Shown here piece after piece: positions 51,244 through 64,000 of a stretch of DNA of 64,000 bases. The DNA lies in the NCBI GenBank assembly GCA_051294375.1, contig CM119267.1:615523-679522 (forward strand). The letters are read 5' to 3'. Source of the stretch: Paraspadella gotoi. Taxonomy: Eukaryota > Animalia > Chaetognatha. Position numbers and translations under genes: made by a program. Position 1 is the stretch's first letter; each line of letters starts with the position of its first letter. The notes under the pieces were generated by a model. It saw only the letters and a list, made by a program, of their open reading frames with translations, was not told the DNA's origin and did no database searches.

Positions 51244-54200
51244 GACTGTCTCTGTCTCTGTCTCTCTCTGTCTCTGTCTCTCTCTCGCTCACATTTTTTT
51301 CTTTTTTGGGGGGGTCATCCGTTGACGTCGTCGTCGTCGTAGCAAAAAAAATGCAATTTCTAACAATTTGTTTAAATTTGTTTAAATATTTAATTCGTAT
51401 TTAACCTCGAATTTTGTATTTTTTGACTGAATTAGTAAATTTTTTACATTATTTTTATCAACATTAGAGAATTATTTTTTTAATAAAATATTTAAACATT
51501 CAAAATTCAAAATTAATAAAAGGCAGTTTTGTTGTAAAATACAAATTTCGACGTTAAAAACACAAATATTTATTTACTCAAAGTTAAGAAAACAAAAAGT
51601 ATAAAAGACAAATCAGGTCCAAACTTGTCTTATTCCTATCAACCTCTTATTTTAGAGGCAAATGAACGATATACATACAACTGACTTGTACGTATATAAA
51701 AATAAATTTTGTACGCATTCCTCTTATGCGTTTCATCTAAACTTCATCCGCTTAAAGTGGATTTCGTTTTTCCGCTTAGATACTTTGGCTTCTTGACATT
51801 TTTGAATCATGGATGATTTTAATGTTTTTCGTTTATTATTTATTTAATCTTGTCTCATATTTGTCGTCTGTTTACATTTGAATTATTATACATTATTCCT
51901 TCCTTTTATTCATTTTGAGTTTTGAATTTTTTTTTTTTTTTTGCATGCGGTTTCATTTCACGTTTTTAATTCATAATTCGAACTCGTAATTATCCTTACT
52001 TTGGATCAATTAATAATTAATATTTTTTAATTGGTTCTGTAGTGGATTTTTGTAGCGGTGGAGTTCTGTGCCGGAAAATCGTGCATTAACTATCATTTAT
52101 TACTATTTCTTATTGTTTATCACCGATTTGCCTATCTTATTTATCATTCGTCACTGATTAGTCTTTTGTTCTTATATCTCAACGATTGAACATTGCCGGA
52201 TCTAATTTGAGGTACTATGTTCAAAACTTGGTTTTCATTATTTTTGAGAAGAATATCTTTAAGCCATGTTTTTATTTGTATAAACTAAAATAAATAAAAT
52301 AAAATTTTAAAACCAGCTTATGTTAGATTCCTTCTCCATCACTTAAAAAATAAATATCACATCCATCTCTTTGTCTTTAGAGAAAAATTGTATTTAAAAT
52401 ATTTAATTTCGACATATAATTTAAATTCATCTATGCTGGATTAAGGGCCTTTTAAGTAATTCCTTCATTATAAACAGAATAGTTTAGAAAAATATTCTCG
52501 TCTGTTTTTCTGTGAAATATTTTATAACTTTCTGCTCCATATTTTGTTAAAAGTAATTGGATAATTGGTGGATGGGAAAAACTTGTTATCATCGTATCTA
52601 GAATGACTTTTTATTTTTAATTTTTGTCTTCATGCGTATTTAAATGATTTATGTTTACCAGTAGTTCAAAGGCGTATCGTCTAGGTTTTATAAAAATAAC
52701 CACTAAACTAAATGGCTAAATTTTTTTTTGTAAACATGAAATACTATTCTTGTACGAAAGTGTATTTATGATTTTGTGATTCATTTTGATACAAAATTCA
52801 CTTATCGAAAAGAAAATGACAAAAAAAATAACAATAAAAAAGAGGGAAAAATTCACTCATCAATTTCCAACTTTAGTATCACAATGAATCATAAATGTTT
52901 CTTTTCGTCTTAATCTGTTTTTGAAAATGTTTTGATTTGATATATATTTTTTCTCTGTCTTGTTTCTTATTTCGTTTTCCAACAAAATCCCGATGCCAAA
53001 TTTTACTTTTTCGTTTCAACCAAGAAATCCGCTTGACAATTTCTCATTACATTCCTCTCTCCGAACTCGATTTAATTCTGTACTGATTGATTGATTGATT
53101 GACGTCCGTCACCAAGCAACCTCCAAGAACCCGCCATTTTTTTCGATATCGAGAAATTCAAGACTAGAATTGTCTAGTGAAATGTGACGGTGATGACGAA
53201 TTCACTGTGAAGTATCCGTGTGTGATACTCTCATGAAAATTTTCGCCGATAAAGAAAAAAAATCTCGGGTTTATTTATTTTTCGAAATAATTTTACAAAA
53301 AAAAAAAATCACGAATGTAAAGTATACAAATACAGTTTTCAAAAATACTTTTACTTTCCACTCTGATGTCAACTAGTATTAATACCATGCTTAAACTGTT
53401 AAATTATTAAAGATAGTTTTAAACTATTTGCGTTTGAGTGGAGAAGAGACGATGATTGAAAACTAAACTTTTTTTTTTTAATTAGACAATCCTACTATTT
53501 CGAGTTTAGATATTTTTTTTCTGTAGCAGAATTTTTCGTTTTTCTCGTATTACGTTTTACTTCCGAGACATAGTATTTATCAAAGTTTGCGTAATTTTCT
53601 TTTTACACCGTGTTCGTTAAAATGTTAAACATGTTTAGTTTCTCAAAAGTTTTCAAAATAAATAAACTTAAAAACTCATGAACGTTTGGTTTAATTTTAA
53701 ATTAGACTCATGTCTAAGATTTGTCAAAAGTTATTGAAAAGAATTTATGTCATAAAAAAGTCGTTAGTAAAATGAAGTCAAAATTAAGTTTGACTGGAAT
53801 CCAATCTGTCAGTCAATCCAGTCTGGATGACAACCGATGCTTTTTAAGTATTAGAGGTAGAAGCGCTAATTTCCAAAAGCGTCTAGGAACAAAAAAAAAA
53901 GTCAACACCTAGTAGAATTTCGATCCTACGCCCCACTTATACAGCATCGGCGCCTATTTTTCATCCGATTTCTCTGTATCCAGCGCCAGTCTGACGGCAT
54001 TTCGCGACGACGAAGCCTGCGCCGTCCTTGACTAGGCCTGGCAACGACGCCCACCAGGAGGCGTTAGGGATGACATCCGTTCCGGTGGCGCCGCGTCGAT
54101 ATTTGAGAAAAACGAATCCACCGATGCAATAAATTATGACGAAGACGAAGAAGAGGATTAGAAGAATGCTGCCGGTGCTAAGACCGGAAGAGGGCGTGTC

Positions 54201-55126
54201 TGATTTGGTAGAGAAAGAGAGTAGGGTCAGTGGGTTATGCTACAATACTACTATTGTATGGAAAACTAAATCATTATTAAACAATATGATAAAAGAAAAC
54301 TTGTAAGAAAACCGAATCAAAAGATATAAGAAATAATCTAAACTACTACAATATGCAAATGAGATTCAAATAATTTCATTCGAAATGAATCACAAGTTAC
54401 TCTACGACACCAAGCGGTGGTTGGTCATTTAAGTCACTCCCCCTCACAGGGTGGCACCGGGTCACCGGGACATTTGAGTCACTCCCCCTCACAGGGTGGC
54501 ACCGGGTCAGGTCCTTTTTCGCATCCTCCTGGACAGCAGCACTGGTGATCCATTCTGAAAGTGTAAAGGCTGCCAGTCGAAGAAATCTCTTCGCCATCCG
54601 AGGTGAGGGACGGGAGACCAGTGGCTGATGGATCGCAATGACAGACAAGCTTGCTTACACGGGTGCTTGATATATCCTTTGCCAAGAAAATTATTTCCAG
54701 GTCTCCAAAAAAATCTGAAAAAAGGTTTAAATCCTTTAAAGGTTTCGAGAGGAAAAATTGATTATAGAAATAGTTTCTTTTGGAGCATTAGCAAAATGTT
54801 TATTTGCCAAATATTTCGAAATGTACAGTATCCGATTTCGATTCTGGAGTCTTGATTCCTCTGCGATGTCATTATTGTTATTTGATTTATAAAAGGGATA
54901 TGTGATCACTATCATTATTTCGAAATATCACATAAAGGCCTCACCGTCAAATGTGAAACTGGGAGATAAGACGCTCTGCGAGCCGATGTCCCAATCCTCT
55001 TCACCGTGATGTTGACAAACGAGGACATCTGTGCATTGTGAACTCGATTCCGTGAATGTGAAACATGGATGAGATCGTAGTTCGTTGTGGGGTAAAAGGA
55101 TCTGGGAGAGTGGGGGAGAGAGAGAG

Positions 55127-55193
<67 letters not shown>

Positions 55194-55333
55194 AGAGACA
55201 GAGAGAGAGGAGAGAGAGGACAGAGAGAAGTGAAGTTTGTAATTGTTACGGCTCGGCCGTCATCTGTTTGAATGGTTGCTTGTGGTTTCATATTTGCAGT
55301 GAATGTCACTTACATCAGAAGAGAGAGAGAGAG

Positions 55334-55378
<45 letters not shown>

Positions 55379-55650
55379 AAGAGATGAGAGAGAGAGAGAG
55401 AGGAGACCGACCTATAGCGTTTAAAACCGTGAGGATAACTCGATTTGATAATCGATCCAAGTTGCTTATGTCGGATTACTCCGCCCGCCGTTGTTCGACA
55501 ACTGCACGCGTTGATTCTCGTGCATTCGTCCGCACAGACGACCGACCGTACGGGCAGAGAGACGAGGAAAAGGACGGGGAGTCGTACGAGTTGGAGAAGG
55601 GACGGAAGGACGAGTGGAGTGAGGGACATTTTCGGGTCTGAAGGGTCAGA

Positions 55651-55880
55651 ATGAAAACTGTTCCGGCTGAAGGTCAGTTAGATTTGGTGATTTTAAATCA
55701 GATTTTGTTAAAATTTATTCGTTTTTTAATTTATTTTGTCATGTTTTTCGTTTAAGATTCAACAAGAAATGATTTTTTTTATCTGGTGCACATTGAATAA
55801 TCTTAATTGCTGATAAGTCTTAAGAGTTTATCTTCTGATAAGTCATATCATCTATGTTTTTTTCTTTCTTTGTTTCTTTG

Positions 55881-55912
<32 letters not shown>

Positions 55913-58900
55913 TTTCTTAATTATTAAATAGATCATTTTTCACTTTCTTTCCTTTCTTTTTTATTACCATTTTATTATTATTTTATTATTATTTTCCATT
56001 AATAAAACAAATTAATAATTTTAAAGATATTTTTTCTCTTTAATTCTAAATCATTTTTCTTTTCCTTTCAAAAACCTTTAATCTCGAACAAAATGTTTTT
56101 CATGTCTTCGATCTTAGATCAACTTGGAAGCAAAAACTCATTTCCACTGGAAACAAAAAAAAAAAAAAAAATTTCCGGTTTCAAGTTTCAGATTAAAAAC
56201 AAAATTTGACCAAAAAAAAAAACAACAAAAAAAAACTATTTTTAAATCTCTAATGTTAACGGAAACGAATTTATGACAATATTTCTTAAAACTGACGCAT
56301 TTCCTTCGTTGCTAAGAGACGGGAAGAGAAAAAGTATCTCAATTCGTTTATAAATTCGCTAACAAGCCTAAACGAAAAAAACATCTAAACATAACTGAGC
56401 TTCTTTTTTTTAACGTCCGCTTTCCTAGTTTAGAATTTAGTTTTTTTTTATAATTAAGTACGTATATTTAAGTTAATATATTAAAAAAAAAAAGCTAAGG
56501 GATTAAGAACGAAAAACTAATCTGTTTTCTCAGAAAATAGCGCTAAAAACTTTTTCGATTGACCTCGGTAAGTTTATTTTCTTGTCTCTTTGGTCTCTCT
56601 GTCGTGTCTGGTCTGTGCTGTCTGTCTGTTCAACACACGTTTCACCGCTATCAACAACTCAGTTAATATATTTAGTTCATAATTGACATTTCGTATTCTC
56701 ATTATCAGCAGGAGAGTCCGAACGCGTCCCGCTCGAGATGCTCGCCGATCATCGTTTGTCTCTCGTCGCTCGACGAACTGATTGGGATTTCGTCCTCAGA
56801 AAAATCGTCACCGCTGACGACAACGACAACGACGACGACGACAACGACGACGACGACGACAACGACGACCGTCCGGGCAAAGCGAGGGAAATCGGTGAGT
56901 CGATGTTGGACTCACGGATGGCACTGTTGTGATTTCGATTCTGTGAATGATTGAGATGTCAATGTCGAAAGCAATTTGATTTTTGGTGAAGTTGAATTTT
57001 CCGTTGATCTTTAAGTCGCTGCAAGGTGTGACTCTATAAGACAATTTTTATGTTGGTCTGTCAGTTTGTAGTTTTGTACGAGTATCCGTATTTAAAAAAA
57101 AATTCAGCTCCTTGTATTTTTGATGCTAGTGCGGAGTACAATAAGTATTCCCCGATCTAATACTTAAGGGAGTGGTCTTTTCATACAATTGAAACATTCT
57201 TTGAAATATTTTCCACTTCATTGATAGGGAAGCCAAGTACTCTGGGAGTGAATAAACGGGACTGTGAGAGAGTCTTGATTGAAAGCTTGCAGGGACCTGC
57301 TATGTCATTATCTTGTAAGAGTGATGGAGGCCTTAAACCACCAAAGCCTGTCCAAAGTCAGGGGCAAGATAGCTTATTTATTAAATGAATGGATAATTTT
57401 TATATTGGTTGTACCAATTTCATAAAATTCAGCTCCTTGTATTTTGATGCTAGTGCGGAGTACAATAAGTATTCCCCGATCTAATACTTAAGGGAGTGGT
57501 CTTTTCATACAATTGAAACATTCTTTGAAATATTTTCCACTTCATTGATAGGGAAGCCAAGTACTCTGGGAGTGAATAAACGGGACTGTGAGAGAGTCTT
57601 GATTGAAAGCTTGCAGGGACCTGCTATGTCATTATCTTGTAAGAGTGATGGAGGCCTTAAACCACCAAAGCCTGTCCAAAGTCAGGGCAAGATAGCTTAT
57701 TTATTAAATGAATGGATAATTTTTATATTGGTTGTACCAATTTCATAAAATTCAGCTCCTTGTTTTTTGATGCTAGTGCGGAGTACAATAAGTATTCCCG
57801 ATCTAATACTTAAGGGAGTGGTCTTTTCATACAATTGAAACATTCTTTGAAATATTTTCCACTTCATTGATAGGGAAGCCAAGTACTCTGGGAGTGAATA
57901 AACGGGACTGTGAGAGAGTCTTGATTGAAAGCTTGCAGGGACCTGCTATGTCATTATCTTGTAAGAGTGATGGAGGCCTTAAACACCAAAGCCTGTCAAA
58001 GTCAGGGGCAAGATAGCTTATTTATTAAATGAATGGATTAATTTTTATATTGGTTGTACAATTTCATATATATATATAAGTTAAAAGTTGCATATATTTT
58101 TTTTGTTTTTTATTTTTTTTTTATTTCTCCTCCTCTCCCTCTCTCCCTCCCCTTCTCGGCCTTTCCTCGCCCCCCTTCCTCTCCCCCTCTCCCTCTCTGT
58201 CAGACCCTCATCGCCTCTACAACCTCATGTCTTCACCTCGCTTCGCCAGTTCACTCGTGATCGACGTGAGACCAAAACGTGAATTCGACGCTTTTCATAT
58301 TTTCGGTTCCATTCACGTCGACTGGGAGGAATTTCACTACGAGGAGATGGCCAAAGGGGGTGAGAGAGAGAGAGAGAGAGAGATAGAGGGAGGAGAGAGA
58401 GAGAGAGAGAGAGAGAGATTAGTAAGAGGAAGAAAACTAAGTCAATTAAAACCTTCCAATCTTTTCCCCTCTGGTTTCCACCACCCAACCACCCAACCAC
58501 CCAACCACCCAAAGCTCATTCCACCTCCACCCGCCACCTTCATCGCCTCGATTCCGCACACGTTCGTCCACACGCTCTTCCTCTTCTCGGTCGACTCCAT
58601 CAAATCGTCTTCAGCGTCGTCGTCGTCGTCTTCTCCGACTCCTGTCAAGATTGTCGTCGAGTCGCCGACTCCTTCGTCAGATTTCTTCGCTGGAGCAGAA
58701 AGGGTGGAGCTGGTGGAGCTGGTGCAGTTGGAGCTGGTGGAGGTGGAGCTGGAGGAGGTGGAGCTGGAGGAGTCATGGATCGAAGCAGGAGCGAAAGGAT
58801 TTTCACTTTGAAAGGAGGAATCGAAAGTTTTGCTGAGAAAAAACCAAATTTGATGGTGAGAAGTTTAATACAAAAAAAATTTGTAAAAATCTCTTTTCCC

Positions 58901-61900
58901 ATTTCGTGGTCTTCGATTTACCATCTAGGAAAAAAGTATATCACATTTTTAGCGGAGGGTATCTACTCAAAAACGTGATCGATGAACATCATTGATTTTA
59001 AAAAATCAAAATGTTTCAGAATTTACCTTAAATTTTCTTTCAGTAGCTTCCTTCTATTTTCTCATAGATCAAATTGTTTAAAAATTAGAGGCAAAAAAGA
59101 TCGCTACCACAAATAAAAATGGCGAAAAAAAATCATATTTAGTTTTTTATCATTTTTGTTTTTTTGATATTAAATTATTTGTTTTTAGTTCGAATTGAGA
59201 TAATTATTTTTATATTTTTTTAAATTTGGGAATGCCAAAGGTAGTGCATCTCTTTTGGGTTCATAAAGGTGCTATTGTAACTCTCAGAAAACAGGCAAAA
59301 ATGTATAACATTGATGGTTGGGCTGAAAAGAATCGCGTTTAAGATATAGAAAAACATGTTACCATCATACCTCAATTCGCTGTATGAAAGCATACCCAAA
59401 CGAATATAAACAATAATCAATACCAAAAATAAAACATACTAAATATTATAAATATTTTCTATATTTTTTATGGAATTAATAAACTTTTTAACAATTTAGT
59501 AATATAATTTTTTACTAGATAGTAATTATCTTATAAATCTTAACTTAACATACCCCGGACAAAGTCAGGAGGTGAGATAGCTTATTCATTATGAAATTGG
59601 TATAAGAGTGGGACTCAGGTTATGAATTATATATTCATAATTATTTTATCAAATTATTACAAAATTATCTATGAATCAATTAAACTACTATACAATATAG
59701 AAAAGCATTATAAAATCCAAAAATATGCCTAATAATAAAACAGTACAAAAATCAATTGGACTTTAAATGAGTTTCTGCTATATGCAAATGAGATTGATGA
59801 AATCTCTATCTCATTTAGTATTGTTCGAAAAATCTATCTCTTACATTGGTACAACCAATATAAAAATTATCTATTCAAGGATCCAAAGTTTTTTTTAAAT
59901 TTAATTATATATTCTCAGTCCAATTGAAAGACAGAGTCACAGACAGACAACAGACAGACAGACAGGCAAAATCAAAAAGGCAGAAGTTAGGTTTCCATCC
60001 CCTTAAATATCATTTTGAGTTGACGTACCTCGACGCTCGATGATGTCAGTTGCCTTTTACAGATCACCGGATCGACCAACGGCGTCGACAACGACGACGA
60101 CGACGCCCTCGTGCGGCGTCTTTTTCCCGGCGCCATGACGACGCCCTACACGAAGCGCCGGTTTACGCTACCGACGGAGGTGATCGAAAACGCCCTCTAT
60201 TTGGGAGGAAGTGATTCGGCGTCATCGAGGGAAGTGATTAAAGGTGAGGAGAAGTGATAAAAGATTTGGGGAAAGTGATAAAATAATTGGGGCAAGTGAT
60301 AAAAGAATTGGGGCAAGTGATAAAAGAATTGGGCAAGTGATAAAAGAAAGGGGCAAGTGATAAAAGAATGGGGCAAGTGATAAAAGAATTGGGGTAAGTG
60401 ATAAAATAATTGGGGCAAGTGATAAAAGAATTAGAGCAAGTAATAAAAGAATTTGCTTAAGTGATAAAGGAATTAGGGCAAGTGATAAAAAAAGGGGCAA
60501 GCGATAAAAGAATAGGGCAAGTGATAAAAATGAAACAAGTTCTGGGCTAGGAATCAGGCTGGGGGGGGGGGTCAAAAGAGTTGATGTTTAAAAATCATCA
60601 TCGCCCACGTCCCTCCTCTTCTCCAGCACTGGGCATCACCCACATCATCAACGTGTCCTCAACTCCATCAAATTGTGAGGAGCGACTCCATCATCTCGAC
60701 CTCCTCATCGAGAACTCTTTGACTTACGACCTTCGGCCGCATTTCGAGAGGATCCTCCAGTTTAGCTACGAGGCGTTGGGGATAAAGAGAGTGAGCGGAG
60801 AAGGGAAAGAGCGATTAGAGGATTGATTGATTGAATGTTTGATTGATTTCCTCCCAGGGTTCCTCCTCCTCCTCCTCCTCCTCTTCCCGCCTCCTCATCT
60901 ACGACGACGACGGCGTCTCTTCTTCCTCTTCCGTCGTCCTCCTCTTCCTCCTGGATTGGCGCGGCCTCTCGCTGCGCCACGCCTTCGATCTCCTGCGGCG
61001 GAAGCGGCCCGTGGCGCGGCCCAACGCCAACCTGATGGCGCAGTTGGCGAGATTCGAGAAGGAGAAGAGAGGGAGGCAGTCGGTCTTCTTTCCGCAGGTA
61101 ATGAAAGGGAAAGGGAAACTGTGGAGCAACGCATTCACACTTTCACACATTCACACTCCGCGAACCTCGGTGGCGTAAGAGCGAGCATTTTCTCCTTCTG
61201 CTGAGCGGCCTTGGGTTCGCGCCTCATTGGTTGTCAATGCTAGTTAGCGGAAGCGGACATCGAAATATAAAAGAGGGCAAATAGGTCTAAGATAAGTAGT
61301 ATAAAGCCAACGTACTAAACTGTTAATCACTAATAGTGCTAAAAGACTATAATTCACTGCCGAAAAATTGAAAAACAGAACTAACTTTGAAACCCGAAAT
61401 GAAAATGAACCAATTTAAGTTCAACACTACAATATGTAAATGAGATTGAGAAATTCAATCTCATTTAAGATCATATTAAACAATCATCCCTTACAATTAC
61501 AGTTAGAACTAGAAGTTCTGTAGGTAGTGTAGTTTGGTGTAGTTTGGCAAAAAAAGAAAAAAAATTAAGAAAAAAAAAAAGAAATAAAAAGAAAAACGTT
61601 CAAGAAAAAGGAAAAGAGAGACTTCGAAAGGCGTGACCACTTTGTCTCATCTCTCCTCCGTTCTCTCGAGTTAATAGAGCTGAGCCTACGTAACTCTCTC
61701 TCAACTCCTGGGAGAGAGAGTAGATTATAACGTTTAATATTATTAATATTATTACGTTCAATTTGAATTGAGGACAGACTGACTAGAATCACTGACTTTG
61801 TTCCCCATTGGAAGCCAAAGGGTTAAGCTCAGTTGCTCAGTTGCTGAGTTGCGAAGGTTGAGAGATCCCTTGATCTCAAAAGAACGATGGAGATTCGCGG

Positions 61901-62416
61901 AGGTAAGACAAAAAGGTAAGGCAAGGTAGGGTAAGGCAAAAAGGCCACTCCTTTGGTAAAGTCACCTAGAAAGTCAAATTCAAAAGATAAAAAAAAAAGG
62001 AAAGTTAGATATGAAAATAATTTAATTTATTTGTAAAATTGAAAGTAAAAATATCCCATTTTTTCGTCCCCACTTTTCCTCCTCTCTCAACCACACTTCA
62101 TCACACTCCAAATCCACAGTCCGATCGGCAACCCACACATTCAACGCCGTTCCACTGGCGCGACATTAACGGCTCCGTCGAACCGGCGTCGCGTTTCCAT
62201 CCGCGCCCGACGGCGATGGATCGGCGCGTCGTCTTTCGAGACGTCGACGTGGCGGCGCTCAAGGCGAGATCGAGGCTCAAGATGGCCGCGCCCGTTTCTT
62301 CAATCTCCACCTCCACCGTCGCGAGATCGAGGCTGGCGACGATGAAATGTTTCTCATCGAATCTGACGTCGGAGGCGACGATCACGAAAACGAGGCTGAC
62401 GACGCTCGTTGCTTAG
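55651..62416 (+). CDS. Rhodanese (CH2) plus dual-specificity phosphatase-fold protein, predicted pseudophosphatase (MKP/MK-STYX-like)
   Basis: Exons 55651-55672, 56712-56894, 58204-58359, 58515-58855, 60063-60243, 60627-60790, 60858-61097 and 62120-62416, all phase-consistent. Motifs: VIDVRPKREFDAFHIFGS, LKGGIESF, PTEVIENALYLGG, LGITHIINVS, RPVARPNANLMAQLARFE. The active-site loop reads YDDDGVSSS. Confidence 0.85.
57101..58068 (+). repeat. Three head-to-tail copies (about 325 bp) of a LINE-like 3' end
   Basis: Near-identical units start at 57101, 57426 and 57749, followed by (TA)n. Confidence 0.9.
60253..60530. repeat. Minisatellite of about 21 bp (gtgataaaagaattggggcaa)
   Basis: Seen directly in the sequence. 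Confidence 0.9.
61163..61235 (+). mobile_element. tRNA-derived SINE head (degenerate)
   Basis: A-box-like TGGCGTAAGAGCG and B-box-like GGTTCGCGCC at tRNA-like spacing, without a complete cloverleaf. Confidence 0.45.
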
Positions 62417-62884
62417 CGACGGGAAGACGCGAAAGGAATTTAGACGCCGTAGACTATTTAGTTTGAAATTAGTCGATATATATTGTGTAGGAGGAAAAAA
62501 TATATATATTTGTAGTTTAACTTTACTCGTGACATTTAGTAATTGATTTTTTTTGTTGTGTTATGTACCTGAAAGCTATATTTATTTATTCTAGCTTGTT
62601 AAATCGTACATTTATCTATTTATTACAAAATTTTCATTCGTATGTTAATTTTAAACTTCCGATTAGAACCTTTTAGCTAAGATTAAACAATAAACATATA
62701 TGTAGTTAAACTAGTGTCGTTAGTCTATTTTCAATGGTTGAGAAAAAATATATCGCTTGAAATAGGTTATCTCATTTAATTATTTAGCTTCCTAAACTTT
62801 TTGACCCATTACAGAACAAAATGAAATAAAAATAATACATAAGTCATAGACCATTCAAGGAAAAACTTGTGGATATGACGCTTT

Positions 62885-63110
62885 TGGGCTTTAACCTTCT
62901 TCGCGAGGCATGGAAAAGGTCCTGGGCTTGGAAGCAGGCATGGAACAGATCCTGGGCTTGGAAGCAGGCATGAGGGTTAGTACAGTTCCTTAAGGCATCC
63001 TTGATCGATCCCTATACCTTATGGTCAATTGGCATTACTCAAAGAGCCACCGGGTCACGACTGAAGGTGTCATGCTAGGCGTGTTGAACTAATTGTAATC
63101 CCCGACTACG
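62885..63110 (-). mobile_element. Decayed second copy of the 31912-32177 element
   Basis: The reverse complement shares gtagtcgggg, catgacac.ttcagt.gtgacccggtggctc.ttgagtaa.gcca and ttccaagcccagg. The P4/L4 module is duplicated and the GA-GGA segment is lost. Confidence 0.7.
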
Positions 63111-63747
63111 AACTCTTGGATTTCAAGAGCGAAATTGAGTGAAGGAAAGAGAAAAAGTTTATAATTTTGTCCGCATTAATTTGCGACGTCCTACTATTTA
63201 AATATGTCGATATTATCTCTGCAAATAGAAAAATTATTAATTTTCTCTCATTCTCTTTTTAATTCCGACTTCTAATAATTAGCAATCTTTAGCGAAGAGA
63301 GCCTAATTTTTTTTTTTTAGTTTTAAATGTTTTTTTATAGTTTTTTTAAAAGTTTTACTCCAAAGTAAAAAATTAAAAATAAAAGAGGAATTCTCCGCCG
63401 TCGAATTCCAGTTATTCGGACACCGACTTCGATTCCAGTGGGGAGGAGAACTTTAATGTCAATGGTGAGATAGAGAGAGAGACGGGAAGAGGGAGGAGAG
63501 AGACTGGGAGAGGGAGACGGAGTCGGGGAAAGAGAGAGAGAGAGAGAGAGAGAATGACAAAAAAGCGAAGGTAGAAAAGCGAGAATATTTATTGTAGATT
63601 GCGTTGTTGTTGTTGTTGTTGAGAATAGCGAATAAAAATAAAATAGAATAGTGAATTGATCTGCGCAATTCCCAGTGTCTCCTCTCCCGCTTTGACTGAC
63701 CCAACTATTTCACAAACCCATCTTTACTCACCCAGAGGCGACACCAA

Positions 63748-63890
63748 ATGGAGGGTGAGGTCATTGACCAAAGAGTCAAAGAGACCAACGCCAAATCATT
63801 GGCCGCCACCAAGAATATGGTTGCCAAGATAAAGGCGCGGCGCTATCGTGACCAAAGCCAACCTGAGAAGACAGGGCGGAGAAAATGAAA
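63748..63890 (+). CDS. Possible first coding exon of a SNAP-25/SNAP-29-like t-SNARE, with apparent indels
   Basis: Acceptor at 63735. The sequence reads SLAATKNMVAKIK and, after frameshifts, AIVTKANLRRQGEKMK, resembling the SNAP-25 Qb pattern SLESTRRML...GIRTLVMLDEQGEQL. Confidence 0.35.
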
Positions 63891-63919
63891 GTGTGGGAAT
63901 GAACTGTACTCTCTCTCTG

Positions 63920-63978
<59 letters not shown>

Positions 63979-64000
63979 CTCTTCTCTCTCTGACAATGTG

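Overview
Eukaryotic (metazoan, probably invertebrate) genomic DNA with GC-rich exons, AT-rich and microsatellite-rich introns, and one assembly gap (N run at 29801-29825). Spliced genes on the + strand, all reconstructed by hand from GT-AG junctions: the 3' end of a Gln/Ala-rich protein, RTEL1 helicase, METTL3, cyclin A, a cytosolic sulfotransferase, a BTB-BACK (BTBD17-like) gene with several candidate alternative first exons, a rhodanese plus dual-specificity pseudophosphatase, and possibly the start of a SNAP-25-like gene. The most notable content is non-coding. (1) Two type-P5 twister ribozyme candidates (cyclin A intron 3, and about 32 kb) plus a decayed third copy. (2) A minimal Penelope-type hammerhead ribozyme inside a small inverted-repeat element with telomere-like repeats. 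(3) A 2.5-kb non-autonomous DIRS-like element with inverted terminal repeats (ITRs) and an internal complementary region (ICR) that reproduces its circle junction. (4) Two SNORA15-like H/ACA snoRNAs in RTEL1 and cyclin A introns. (5) A hAT-like element and a tandemly triplicated LINE 3' end. Several single-base frameshifts in conserved genes are probably assembly errors. All folds and family assignments were made by eye from remembered consensus sequences; no search or folding program was run.
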